Source: an uncultured Candidatus Saccharibacteria bacterium
GTDB lineage: Bacteria > Patescibacteriota > Minisyncoccia > JAHIHE01 > DAOWLE01
Direction: 5' to 3'
NCBI GenBank assembly: GCA_964430135.1
Contig: CAYSEG010000008.1
Coordinates: 1 to 43,165 of the forward strand
DNA length: 43,165 bases
In this document: positions 35,730-43,165 of the stretch, piece by piece
Layout: each line of letters begins with the position of its first letter
How positions within the stretch are numbered: position 1 is the first letter of the stretch
Program-made: the position numbers and the translations under genes
Notes under the pieces: generated by a model
Seen by the model: only the letters and a program-made list of their open reading frames with translations
The model's database searches: none
What the model was told of the DNA's origin: nothing

Positions 35730-37660
35730 TGAGCTTATTTTTTTCTTTAAATAATTCAAACAAATATCGTCTCAAGAGATCATTTAAAAAAGATATTGAA
35801 CCAGAAGAAGTTTTTTTAGATTCTCCTTTTGAAGACGCCCCTCGTCTAAAATATCTTCATGCTCAGAGATATTTTATTGCATTGGGACGAATTCTAATTT
35901 TGCTTCTGATTATTCTTATTGTCAGAATAGGGTGGCTCCAAATTGCTAAGGGGGATTATTATCGGGAAATAGCCCAAGCAAACCGTATTCGCACTTGTCC
36001 TATAAGGGCAGATCGAGGAATTATTTATGATAGGAATGGAGTGCCCTTAGTTAAAAATATACCCGCTTTTGATTTAGTTATTATTCCTTCTAAATTACCA
36101 AAAGACGAGATTCATCTTCGTATTTTGACTAATATCATTTCTTCGGTAATTGGCCAGCAACGAGAAGAAATAGAAAGAATAATAAAAGAAGCCGATCATT
36201 CTTCATCAGATCCAATTTTAATAAAAAGAAATCTTGACAGACAAAAAGCACTTATTTTAAAAACTAAAACTGTTGGTTTTGAAGAAGTGAGAGTAGAAAT
36301 AAATGCCATGCGGGATTATTTTGATGGTGTCATTTTTTCTCATATTATTGGATATACTGGCAAAATCAATGAGCAAGAATTGAGAGATTATCCATCTTAT
36401 AATCTTACTGATTATATTGGGAAGGTTGGGATAGAAAAGACTTACGAAAAAACTCTTCGGGGTAATTACGGGAGCGAGGAGTTTGAAATTGATTCTTTAG
36501 GAAGAATTCAGCGAGTTATAAACAAAAAAGAAGCCGAGCCCGGCTTAAATCTTGTTCTTTCAATTGACAGTGCTCTTCAGAATAAACTTTATGAAATTTT
36601 AGAAAAACAACTCCAAGTTCTTAAAGTAAAAGGAGCTGCTGGGATAGCTGTTGATCCCCGAAATGGAAAGGTTTTAGCCTTGGTGAGTTTGCCAAGTTTT
36701 GACAATAATCTTTTTGCCGAAGGAATTTCCGAGAAAGATTTTAAAGCCTTGTTAAACAATCCAGCTCATCCTTTTCTAAACCGCGTCATTAGCAGCCAAT
36801 ACCCACCCGGTTCAACAATTAAACCGATTATTGCCAGCGCTGCTCTCGAGGAAAATATTATCAGCAGTTCTGAAAAAATTAATTGTCAAGGCAGGTTAGT
36901 TATACCAAATCCATACTGGCCGGACAAGCCTTCAGTTTTTTTAGATTGGAAAGTTCATGGTCCGACAAATATTACAAAAGCCATTGCTGAGTCCTGTAAC
37001 GTATTTTTTTATACTGTTGGCGGAGGATTCGGCAAAATAAAAGGTTTAGGAATAGAAAGAATTAAAAAATACTTCCATCTTTTTGGACTGGGAGAAACTC
37101 TTGGTATTGATCTTACAGGTGAGGCGCCAGGATTGGTTCCCGATATAGAATGGAAGAAGAAAAATAAGCATGGTGAACCTTGGCGTTTAGGAGATACATA
37201 TCATACTTCAATCGGTCAGGGAGACACTACCGCTACCCCGCTTCAAATCGCTATGGCGACGGCGGTTGTTGCTAATGGCGGAACATTATTCCAACCGCAG
37301 ATAGTTGATAAAATTATTAATTCCGAAAAGGAATTAGTTAAAGATATTGAGCCTAAAATAATCAGAAAAGATTTTATTGACCCAAAGAATCTTCAAGTTG
37401 TCCAAAAGGGAATGCGAGAAGCGGTGATTTATGGTTCTTCTCGGAGAATGTCCAATTTGCCGGTGAAAGCAGCTGGGAAAACCGGCACAGCTCAATTTGG
37501 AAAAAATAAAGAAACTCATGCTTGGTTTACTTGTTATGCTCCTTATGAATCGCCGGAAATTGTTCTGACTATTTTAATTGAGGGCGGCGGCGAGGGGCAT
37601 GCCGGGGCTTTGCCGGTGGCAAAGGAGGTGCTAGAATGGTATTTTAGCAATAAAAATTAG
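35729..37660 (+). CDS. mrdA: penicillin-binding protein 2 (elongasome transpeptidase)
   Basis: N-terminal TM helix and dimerisation domain, then transpeptidase motifs STIKP (SxxK), SCN (SxN) and KTGTA (KTG). Confidence 0.9.
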   Translation: MSLFFSLNNSNKYRLKRSFKKDIEPEEVFLDSPFEDAPRLKYLHAQRYFIALGRILILLLIILIVRIGWLQIAKGDYYREIAQANRIRTCPIRADRGIIYDRNGVPLVKNIPAFDLVIIPSKLPKDEIHLRILTNIISSVIGQQREEIERIIKEADHSSSDPILIKRNLDRQKALILKTKTVGFEEVRVEINAMRDYFDGVIFSHIIGYTGKINEQELRDYPSYNLTDYIGKVGIEKTYEKTLRGNYGSEEFEIDSLGRIQRVINKKEAEPGLNLVLSIDSALQNKLYEILEKQLQVLKVKGAAGIAVDPRNGKVLALVSLPSFDNNLFAEGISEKDFKALLNNPAHPFLNRVISSQYPPGSTIKPIIASAALEENIISSSEKINCQGRLVIPNPYWPDKPSVFLDWKVHGPTNITKAIAESCNVFFYTVGGGFGKIKGLGIERIKKYFHLFGLGETLGIDLTGEAPGLVPDIEWKKKNKHGEPWRLGDTYHTSIGQGDTTATPLQIAMATAVVANGGTLFQPQIVDKIINSEKELVKDIEPKIIRKDFIDPKNLQVVQKGMREAVIYGSSRRMSNLPVKAAGKTGTAQFGKNKETHAWFTCYAPYESPEIVLTILIEGGGEGHAGALPVAKEVLEWYFSNKN

Positions 37661-37690
37661 GCGAACTTTTTGATTAATTTAATAAGATAA

Positions 37691-37804
37691 GAAAAAGTCA
37701 AAAATCAAAATTCAAAACTAAAAGTCAAAAATCAAAAGTGAATTATTTGAAACTTTTAACTTTTAACTTGAACTTTTAGCTTTTGAATTTTGCATTTTGA
37801 ATTT
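37691..37804. repeat. family-D 7-bp-periodic A-rich imperfect palindrome (copy D2)
   Basis: AAAGTCA|AAAATCA|AAATTCA|AAACTAA|AAGTCAA|AAATCAA - loop - TTTTAAC|TTTTAAC|TTGAACT|TTTAGCT|TTTGAAT|TTTGCAT|TTTGAAT. Confidence 0.65.
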
Positions 37805-37807
37805 GTT

Positions 37808-38266
37808 ATGAAAAATTTTATTACCAAAGAAGGACTTAAAAAATTAAAAGAAGAATTAAATATTCTTAAAAGAAAAAAACGTCAAGAGATAGCCAAACGT
37901 ATTGGTGAGGCAAAAGAAATGGGGGATTTATCTGAAAACGCCGAATATGCCGAAGCAAAAGAAGCGCAATCTCTTAATGAACAGCAGATTGCTGAATTAG
38001 AGCAAACGATCAGAGAGACTGCTCTGATTGATGAGACAAGAAATAAGACTACTATTGTGCAAATAGGATCAACAGTTACCGTGAAAAATAATGATCAAAC
38101 TAAATGTTTTACTATTGTTGGTTCAAGTGAAGCAAATCCCTCTCAAGGAAAAGTATCTAACGAATCTCCGTTGGGGGCAGCTTTTTTAAACCATAAAATA
38201 GGGGATGATATTGAAGTAAAAACTCCGGGAGGAACAGTAAAATATAAAATAATAAAAATTGAATAA
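37808..38266 (+). CDS. greA: transcription elongation factor GreA
   Basis: MKNFITKEGLKKLKEELNILKRKKRQEIAKRIGEAKEMGDLSENAEYAEAKEAQ, then the C-terminal FKBP-like domain. The ORF-track start at 37790 lies inside repeat D2. Confidence 0.9.
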   Translation: MKNFITKEGLKKLKEELNILKRKKRQEIAKRIGEAKEMGDLSENAEYAEAKEAQSLNEQQIAELEQTIRETALIDETRNKTTIVQIGSTVTVKNNDQTKCFTIVGSSEANPSQGKVSNESPLGAAFLNHKIGDDIEVKTPGGTVKYKIIKIE

Positions 38267-38292
38267 GTTAGAAATAAATAGTAAGGATGTAA

Positions 38293-40008
38293 ATGAGCTT
38301 AACGGTTATTTTTATAATTTTATCTTTTTTATGGTTTTTACGGACAATTAGAGCCGCGCTTTTTAATGTTTGGATTTGGCAAATTAAAGAATATCGGCTT
38401 GACAGAATGTGGGCTCACTTGAGTATTTTAAGTGGCAAGAGATTATTTCTTAATTGGTTAAATATTATTAAATTAGGACTTCTTGTTCTCTTTCCGTTGT
38501 TTTTACTTCTAAGGCCGTTTCTTTTTTTAGGGTTAGTTATTATTCTCTTTTCTTTAGAATCATTTTTAGGATTCAAAGAATTTCTGGATAAACGATTTTA
38601 TCGGCCGAAATTTACTCCTAAGGCGACGATAATTTTGGCTGGAACTGTTGGAATTGAAATCATTATTGTTTTTTTCTTGACTTATATTTTATTTGAAGGA
38701 GCGTTCTTTGGGTTGAGATTTACTTTATTATCTATAGGTAATTTAAATGAAGTTATACAATATACTTCTATTAGCTGTTTTTCTTTTTTATTTCTAATAT
38801 TGAGTGTTGTTCTGCCGTTAATTGTTTTTCTTTTGGTATTAGTTCTTAACCCGATAACAAAATTATTTAAAGCGAGAACGATTAAAAAAGCAAAAAAGAA
38901 AATAAAGAAATTTTCGAATCTTATTGTAATTGGAATTACTGGAAGCTATGGCAAAACTTCAACAAAAGAATTTTTAGCAACAATTCTAGCTGAGCGTTTT
39001 AATGTTTTAAAAACAATTAAAGCCAATACTGATATTGGCGTGGCGAAAACTATTCTTGAAAAATTAAAACCAGAACATCAAATTTTTGTTGTGGAAATGG
39101 GAGCTTATAAGCGAGGGGAAATTAAGGCAATTTGCGATATTGTAAAGCCGAAGATTGGAGTTTTAACCGGAATCAATGAACAACATTTGGCACTTTTTGG
39201 AGGGTTGGAGAATACGATAAGAGCGAAATTTGAGCTGATTGAGGCGTTGCCGGAAGATGGGTTGGGGGTAATAAACAAAAAGTTAAAAGTTTCCGCCTTC
39301 GTCCCTGCTGGGACTACGACGGACAAGCAAAATTCAAAGTTCAAAGTTGCAGTTAAAAGTTTAAAGTTTTTTTCTGGTAGCGAAAAATCAGATATTTATG
39401 CGAGTGATATAATAATTGAAAAAGATAAAATCAAATTTAAAGTGATAAACGGCGAGGAGAGCGAGGATTTTGAAGTTAGTTTAATCGGCAAGCAGAATGT
39501 TTCAAATATCTTGGCTTGTGTGGCTGTGGCTGAATATTTAGGAATGACTTTAAAAGAAATTTCTAAGGCAGCGAAGAAAATTAAGCCGATTGAGAAAACA
39601 ATGAAAGCTTATCAAGGAATTAATGGAATAACCTTGATTGATGATACTTATAATGCTAATCCGGCCGGTGTTTTGGCGGCTTTGGATTATTTGAAAATTT
39701 GGAAGGGCAGAAAAGCGATTGTGATGCCCTGTTTGATTGAGCTGGGAAGTACGTCAAAGGATGTTCATCAGAGAATCGGCGCGAAAATCGGCGAGAACTG
39801 CGATTTGGCGATTATTACCAAGAAAGAGTGTTATGAAGATATTAAAAAAGCCGCTTGCGAGAACGGGATGGATAAACAGAATATTTTGCTTTCGCAGGAC
39901 CCGCGGGAAATTTTTGAAAAATTAAAAAATTTTAACAAGCCCGAAGATGTGATATTATTAGAAAGCAGGGTTCCTCAGCAATTGATTGATATGTTGGAAT
40001 TTGAATAA
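38293..40008 (+). CDS. murF: MurF-type Mur ligase fused to an N-terminal polytopic membrane domain of about 200 aa
   Basis: Residues 1-200 contain 5-6 TM helices. They are followed by IVIGITGSYGKTSTKEFLATIL (Mur ligase P-loop), GVLTGINEQHLALFGGLENTIRAKFELIE and LIDDTYNANPAGVLAALDYL (MurF C-terminal domain). Confidence 0.75.
   Translation: MSLTVIFIILSFLWFLRTIRAALFNVWIWQIKEYRLDRMWAHLSILSGKRLFLNWLNIIKLGLLVLFPLFLLLRPFLFLGLVIILFSLESFLGFKEFLDKRFYRPKFTPKATIILAGTVGIEIIIVFFLTYILFEGAFFGLRFTLLSIGNLNEVIQYTSISCFSFLFLILSVVLPLIVFLLVLVLNPITKLFKARTIKKAKKKIKKFSNLIVIGITGSYGKTSTKEFLATILAERFNVLKTIKANTDIGVAKTILEKLKPEHQIFVVEMGAYKRGEIKAICDIVKPKIGVLTGINEQHLALFGGLENTIRAKFELIEALPEDGLGVINKKLKVSAFVPAGTTTDKQNSKFKVAVKSLKFFSGSEKSDIYASDIIIEKDKIKFKVINGEESEDFEVSLIGKQNVSNILACVAVAEYLGMTLKEISKAAKKIKPIEKTMKAYQGINGITLIDDTYNANPAGVLAALDYLKIWKGRKAIVMPCLIELGSTSKDVHQRIGAKIGENCDLAIITKKECYEDIKKAACENGMDKQNILLSQDPREIFEKLKNFNKPEDVILLESRVPQQLIDMLEFE
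39278..39372. repeat. heptamer-flanked GC-core palindromic element inserted in frame in murF
   Basis: AAAAGTT|AAAAGTT-tccgccttcGTCCCtgctGGGACtacgacggacaagc-AAAATTC|AAAGTTC|AAAGTTG|CAGTTAA|AAGTTTA|AAGTTTT. It encodes KKLKVSAFVPAGTTTDKQNSKFKVAVKSLKFF. The core resembles the family-E core atCCCTTGCGGGACt. Confidence 0.55.
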
Positions 40009-40018
40009 AAAAAATAAG

Positions 40019-40032
40019 GCACCGAAGTGCCA
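40019..40032 (-). terminator. rho-independent terminator of the minus-strand mini-gene
   Basis: GGCACcgaaGTGCC, followed on the minus strand by TTATTTTTTTT. Confidence 0.6.
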
Positions 40033-40051
40033 TTATTACGCATTAAGTTTT

Positions 40052-40279
40052 TCATTCGCCGCGCTGTGTGCCTGTTGTGCACGATGCACGCACAACCCAG
40101 ACCGACAAGACGAGAGCAATTACTAATGCTATCCAGGGCAATAATAGCCCTGTAAGCACTGCATCCCTTGTGATTAGAAAAACTAGTCCGCTGGCAGCCA
40201 TCGTCCATACAATTATATCTACTAACAATGTCACAGCGGCTTTCCAGATTTCCCATGGATCGTTTGGTTTATACTTCAT
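40052..40279 (-). CDS. small (75 aa) two-TM hydrophobic protein encoded in a GC-rich patch
   Basis: AGGAGGTGA SD 8 nt upstream of the ATG. A TTGACA -35 box lies about 70 nt upstream. The unit has its own terminator. GC content is far above the window average. Confidence 0.45.
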   Translation of the reverse strand: MKYKPNDPWEIWKAAVTLLVDIIVWTMAASGLVFLITRDAVLTGLLLPWIALVIALVLSVWVVRASCTTGTQRGE

Positions 40280-40502
40280 TATTTTTTCACCTCCTATTTT
40301 TTCCTTCTTTGTCTAGATCTTATCAGATATTATAGAGTTGTCAAGAGCAAAGATTGCTGGCTCTATAGTCCTGAAGGGCCGTGGAGCTTGAATGCAAACC
40401 TGTATCATTTTCGAAATTATTCCTATAATATAAGCGTAAGTCTTGCATTTTGGCTCCATAGGGCTATCGCCACTATGGAGCCAGCGAAGATATAAAAGAT
40501 AT

Positions 40503-41801
40503 ATGTCCAATCCATTTAGGCCAATTTCAGTCGCTTTATCACCAAATACATCTTGGGAAGATATTTTTTTGGCGCTGTCTTTGATAATTTTTCCTTGGAA
40601 TTGGTTGAAATGGAAAAAAGGCAATGCGATTGAAAAATTGGAAAATAAATTTAAGAATTATCTTGGAGTAGAATACGCTTTTAGTTTTGCCAGCGGAAGG
40701 GCGGGACTTTTTGCGATTTTAAAATCTCTTGATTTAAAAGAAGGAGATGAGGTGATTACTCAGGCATATACAACTGTGGCGGTTCCAAACGCAATTATTT
40801 GGGCTGGGGCAAAACCGATTTATGTTGATATTGATGAAGAAACTTTTAATATGGATCCGAAAAAACTTGAGGAAAAAATTACTTCCCGGACAAAAGCAAT
40901 AATTATCCAGCACACTTTTGGATTATCCGGAAGAATAAAAGAAATTTTAGAAATTTCAAAGAAGTATAATTTATTTGTCATCGAGGACTGTGCCCACGCT
41001 TTAGGTTCGGAATACCAAAACAGGAAAGTCGGCACCTTTGGCGATGCCGCCTTTTTCAGTTTTGGCAGGGATAAAATTATTTCTTCAGTTTTTGGCGGGA
41101 TGGTCGTTTTAAAAGACCAAAAGATATACCAGAAATTTCAAGAAATTTATAGGGAGATGCCATATCCTTCAGCGCGATGGATTTTTCAGCAAATTTTTCA
41201 TCCGATCGCTTTTGCGATTATTCTGCCGAGTTATTATTTTTTTAAACTCGGACAGATTTTGTTGTTTTTATTTCAAAAATTAAACTTGCTTTCCCGAGCG
41301 TATCTTAAAATAGAAAAAAACGGCGAGATGCCAAAAAATTTTCCGCAAAAATTCCCAAATGTTTTAGCTAAATTAGCGCTTGTCCAATTTAAAAAATTAG
41401 AAAAATTTAACAGACATAGAATAAAAATCGCTAAATTTTATTCTAGAAATTTGAAGATTGATAGAACTATAGACCACTCAGTAGGTCTAAAATACAAATT
41501 GCCTCAAACACCAGAAAATTCGAAACATATATTTTTGTATTATACAATTCAGAGTTCAGAAAGAGATAAAATTTTAGAAACAGCGAAAAAAAATCATATT
41601 ATTTTAGGCAACTGGTTTAGCGGACCTGTCAGTCCTGAAGAAGTGAATTTAAAAGCGGTGGGTTATCAAAAAGGGGATTGCCCAGTTGCGGAGAAAGTTG
41701 GAAAGATGTCTTTGAATTTACCAACACACCACAGGATAACTTTGGAAGATGCAGAAAAAATTGTTAATTTTTTGAAAAATTCGTCGAATAAAACTGCTTG
41801 A
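40503..41801 (+). CDS. DegT/DnrJ/EryC1/StrS-family aminotransferase (second copy, long form)
   Basis: GVEYAFSFASGRAGL, IIQHTFGLSG, VIEDCAHALGS, FFSFGRDKIISSVFGG (PLP-binding Lys). The ORF-track start at 40443 runs through a GC-rich hairpin; MSNPF at 40503 is more plausible. Confidence 0.8.
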   Translation: MSNPFRPISVALSPNTSWEDIFLALSLIIFPWNWLKWKKGNAIEKLENKFKNYLGVEYAFSFASGRAGLFAILKSLDLKEGDEVITQAYTTVAVPNAIIWAGAKPIYVDIDEETFNMDPKKLEEKITSRTKAIIIQHTFGLSGRIKEILEISKKYNLFVIEDCAHALGSEYQNRKVGTFGDAAFFSFGRDKIISSVFGGMVVLKDQKIYQKFQEIYREMPYPSARWIFQQIFHPIAFAIILPSYYFFKLGQILLFLFQKLNLLSRAYLKIEKNGEMPKNFPQKFPNVLAKLALVQFKKLEKFNRHRIKIAKFYSRNLKIDRTIDHSVGLKYKLPQTPENSKHIFLYYTIQSSERDKILETAKKNHIILGNWFSGPVSPEEVNLKAVGYQKGDCPVAEKVGKMSLNLPTHHRITLEDAEKIVNFLKNSSNKTA

Positions 41802-41805
41802 TGAA

Positions 41806-41948
41806 TAATTTTCGATTACCAATTTTCAATTTTCAACCAAACTCCAAATTCCAATTTTCAAATTGTTAATTTTATATCAGTTATTTTTTTGTTTGAAAAT
41901 TGATTCATTGAAAATTCATTAAAAATTGGGATTTGAAAATTGAAAAAT
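41806..41948. repeat. family-C TTTTCAAT/ATTGAAAA element (copy C3)
   Basis: aattttcgattaccaattttcaattttcaacc ... tttttgtttgaaaattgattcattgaaaattcattaaaaattgggatttgaaaattgaaaaatt. It ends at the femAB ATG. Confidence 0.65.
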
Positions 41949-41949
41949 T

Positions 41950-42996
41950 ATGCTGATAAAAGAAATTAAAAACAAAGATTACTGGGAAAACTTTCTTTTA
42001 TCCCAGCCAGAACCGTCTTTCCTACAATCCTGGTATTGGGGCAAGTTCCACGAATCGCTCGGCGATAAAATTTTTCGCTTGGGAATTTTTGACAACGAAG
42101 AAATTGTCGGCGCGGCTTTGATAATTAGAGTTTTGGCGCGGCGAGGATCATTCCTTTTTTGCCCTTATGGACCAATAATAAGTCAAAAGTCAAAAGTCAA
42201 AAGTCAAAAGCGTAATTCAAAATGCAGAAGTATTGAGATTTTGACAAATTATTTGAAAGATTTAGCGAGAAAAGAAAAGTGCTGTTTTCTTAGAATTAGT
42301 CCGAATTGGGAGAGAAGCGAGAAGGATATAAAAATTTTCAAGGATTTAGGATTTAGGGATGCGCCGATTCATCTTAAGCCGGAAATAACTTGGCTTTTGG
42401 ATATTAGACCGAGCGAAGATGAAATTTTGATGGGAATGCGAAAAACTACTCGGAATTTAATCAGAAGAGGATATAAAGAAAATATCCAGATTATTAAAAG
42501 CGAAAATCCGGATGATTTGGGCGAATTTTATGAAATTTATCAGAAAACCGCTAAACGGCAAAATTTTGTTCCGTTCTCCAAAGAATATTTAAAAAAAGAA
42601 TTTAGTGTTTTTGTTGGAGAAAAAAAAGTCAGTTTATTTTTCGCCAAGCATAAAGATAAACTACTGGCAGCTTCTTTTTTTATTTTTTATGGACGTCAAG
42701 GTTTTTATCATCATAGCGCTTCTTTGCCGAATACTTCTAAAATTTCAACTTCTTATCTTTTACTTTGGAAAGCAATTCAGGAAGCGAAGAAAAGAAATTG
42801 CGAAATTTTCAATTTTTGGGGTATTGCCCCGAAAAATAAACCAAAGCATCCTTGGCAAGGTTTAACTTTTTTTAAAAAAGGTTTTGGCGGTTATCAAAAA
42901 GATTTAATTCATGCCCAAGATTTGCCAATGGATAGGCGATATTGGTTAAATTGGGTGGTTGAAACTTTCCGAAGAATTAAACGAGGATATTCATAA
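41950..42996 (+). CDS. FemAB-family peptidoglycan interpeptide-bridge aminoacyltransferase
   Basis: SFLQSWYWGKF ... FLFCPYGPI ... and C-terminal ...FFKKGFGG matches the FemAB-family (PF02388) architecture as I recall it; this family is commonly annotated in CPR bacteria. Confidence 0.75.
   Translation: MLIKEIKNKDYWENFLLSQPEPSFLQSWYWGKFHESLGDKIFRLGIFDNEEIVGAALIIRVLARRGSFLFCPYGPIISQKSKVKSQKRNSKCRSIEILTNYLKDLARKEKCCFLRISPNWERSEKDIKIFKDLGFRDAPIHLKPEITWLLDIRPSEDEILMGMRKTTRNLIRRGYKENIQIIKSENPDDLGEFYEIYQKTAKRQNFVPFSKEYLKKEFSVFVGEKKVSLFFAKHKDKLLAASFFIFYGRQGFYHHSASLPNTSKISTSYLLLWKAIQEAKKRNCEIFNFWGIAPKNKPKHPWQGLTFFKKGFGGYQKDLIHAQDLPMDRRYWLNWVVETFRRIKRGYS
42178..42245. repeat. in-frame (AGTCAAA)4 heptamer array with a partner arm inside femAB
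   Basis: aagtcaaaagtcaaaagtcaaaagtcaaaag ... attgagattttgac, encoding SQKSKVKSQKRNSKCRSIEILT. Same unit as the family-D intergenic repeats. Confidence 0.55.
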
Positions 42997-43165
42997 GTAA
43001 CATTTTGAAAATCAAGAAATATTCCTGCCAAATCATTATAACTATGCAACCAAAGCAGCTTGGCGAGAAGGCTTGAGTTTTCTAATCAGATATTTTCTTT
43101 TCAGCTTTATCCTCTTTTCGGCTACATCCCGCGCCGGCGGTTCCGATGAAAATTTGGGCCTTTGT

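Noticed and set aside
39105-40316. ORFs 39105..39344(-), 39737..39925(+), 39975..40256(-) and 40068..40316(+)
   Set aside because: They overlap murF or the better-supported minus-strand mini-gene (40052..40279), which has an SD and a terminator.

Overview
This 43-kb window is AT-rich (about 30% GC) with one GC-rich patch near 40.0-40.5 kb. Gene content suggests a Patescibacteria/CPR-like bacterium: T4SS-pilin-like paralogs, four-helix-bundle proteins, a FemAB gene and a compact set of housekeeping genes. I cannot confirm that assignment without a database search.

Gene layout:
- Start of window: three tandem T4SS-pilin-like genes, interleaved with two four-helix-bundle (4HB) genes that both carry in-frame nonsense codons.
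- Minus strand (2.8-13.7 kb): a roughly 11-kb block of 9 tightly packed, partly overlapping genes. It resembles an Arn-type polyprenyl-phosphate aminosugar pathway: a DegT aminotransferase, an ArnA-C/UXS-like SDR, a GNAT acetyltransferase, a GT2 polyprenyl-phosphate sugar transferase, an ArnE-like flippase subunit, a GT39/ArnT-like transferase and three more polytopic GT-C-like proteins.
- Continuing on the minus strand: a membrane-anchored jelly-roll protein and an SPFH/band-7 protein with a (GAA)n-encoded poly-Glu tail.
- Middle: tRNA-Leu(UAG), a Xer-type tyrosine recombinase bracketed by a pair of inverted 120-bp repeats, rpsO, an NYN-domain gene and pnp.
- Remainder (plus strand): ftsH, tRNA-Ile with a UAU anticodon, a NUDIX gene, tRNA-Val plus a degenerate tRNA-Val remnant, rluD-like, a BNR-repeat lipoprotein, frr, rseP, a decayed Fic gene, proS, mreB-mreC-mreD-mrdA, greA, a MurF ligase fused to an N-terminal polytopic membrane domain, a GC-rich mini-gene, a second DegT aminotransferase and a FemAB gene.

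The most striking feature is the density of small structured repeats. There are at least five families of 100-140-bp palindromic MITE-like elements and 7-bp-periodic A-rich palindromes, roughly one copy every 2-3 kb. Several copies sit in frame inside coding sequences (a membrane protein, murF, femAB, probably rseP), and one family flanks the recombinase gene. No CRISPR array and no rRNA gene was seen.
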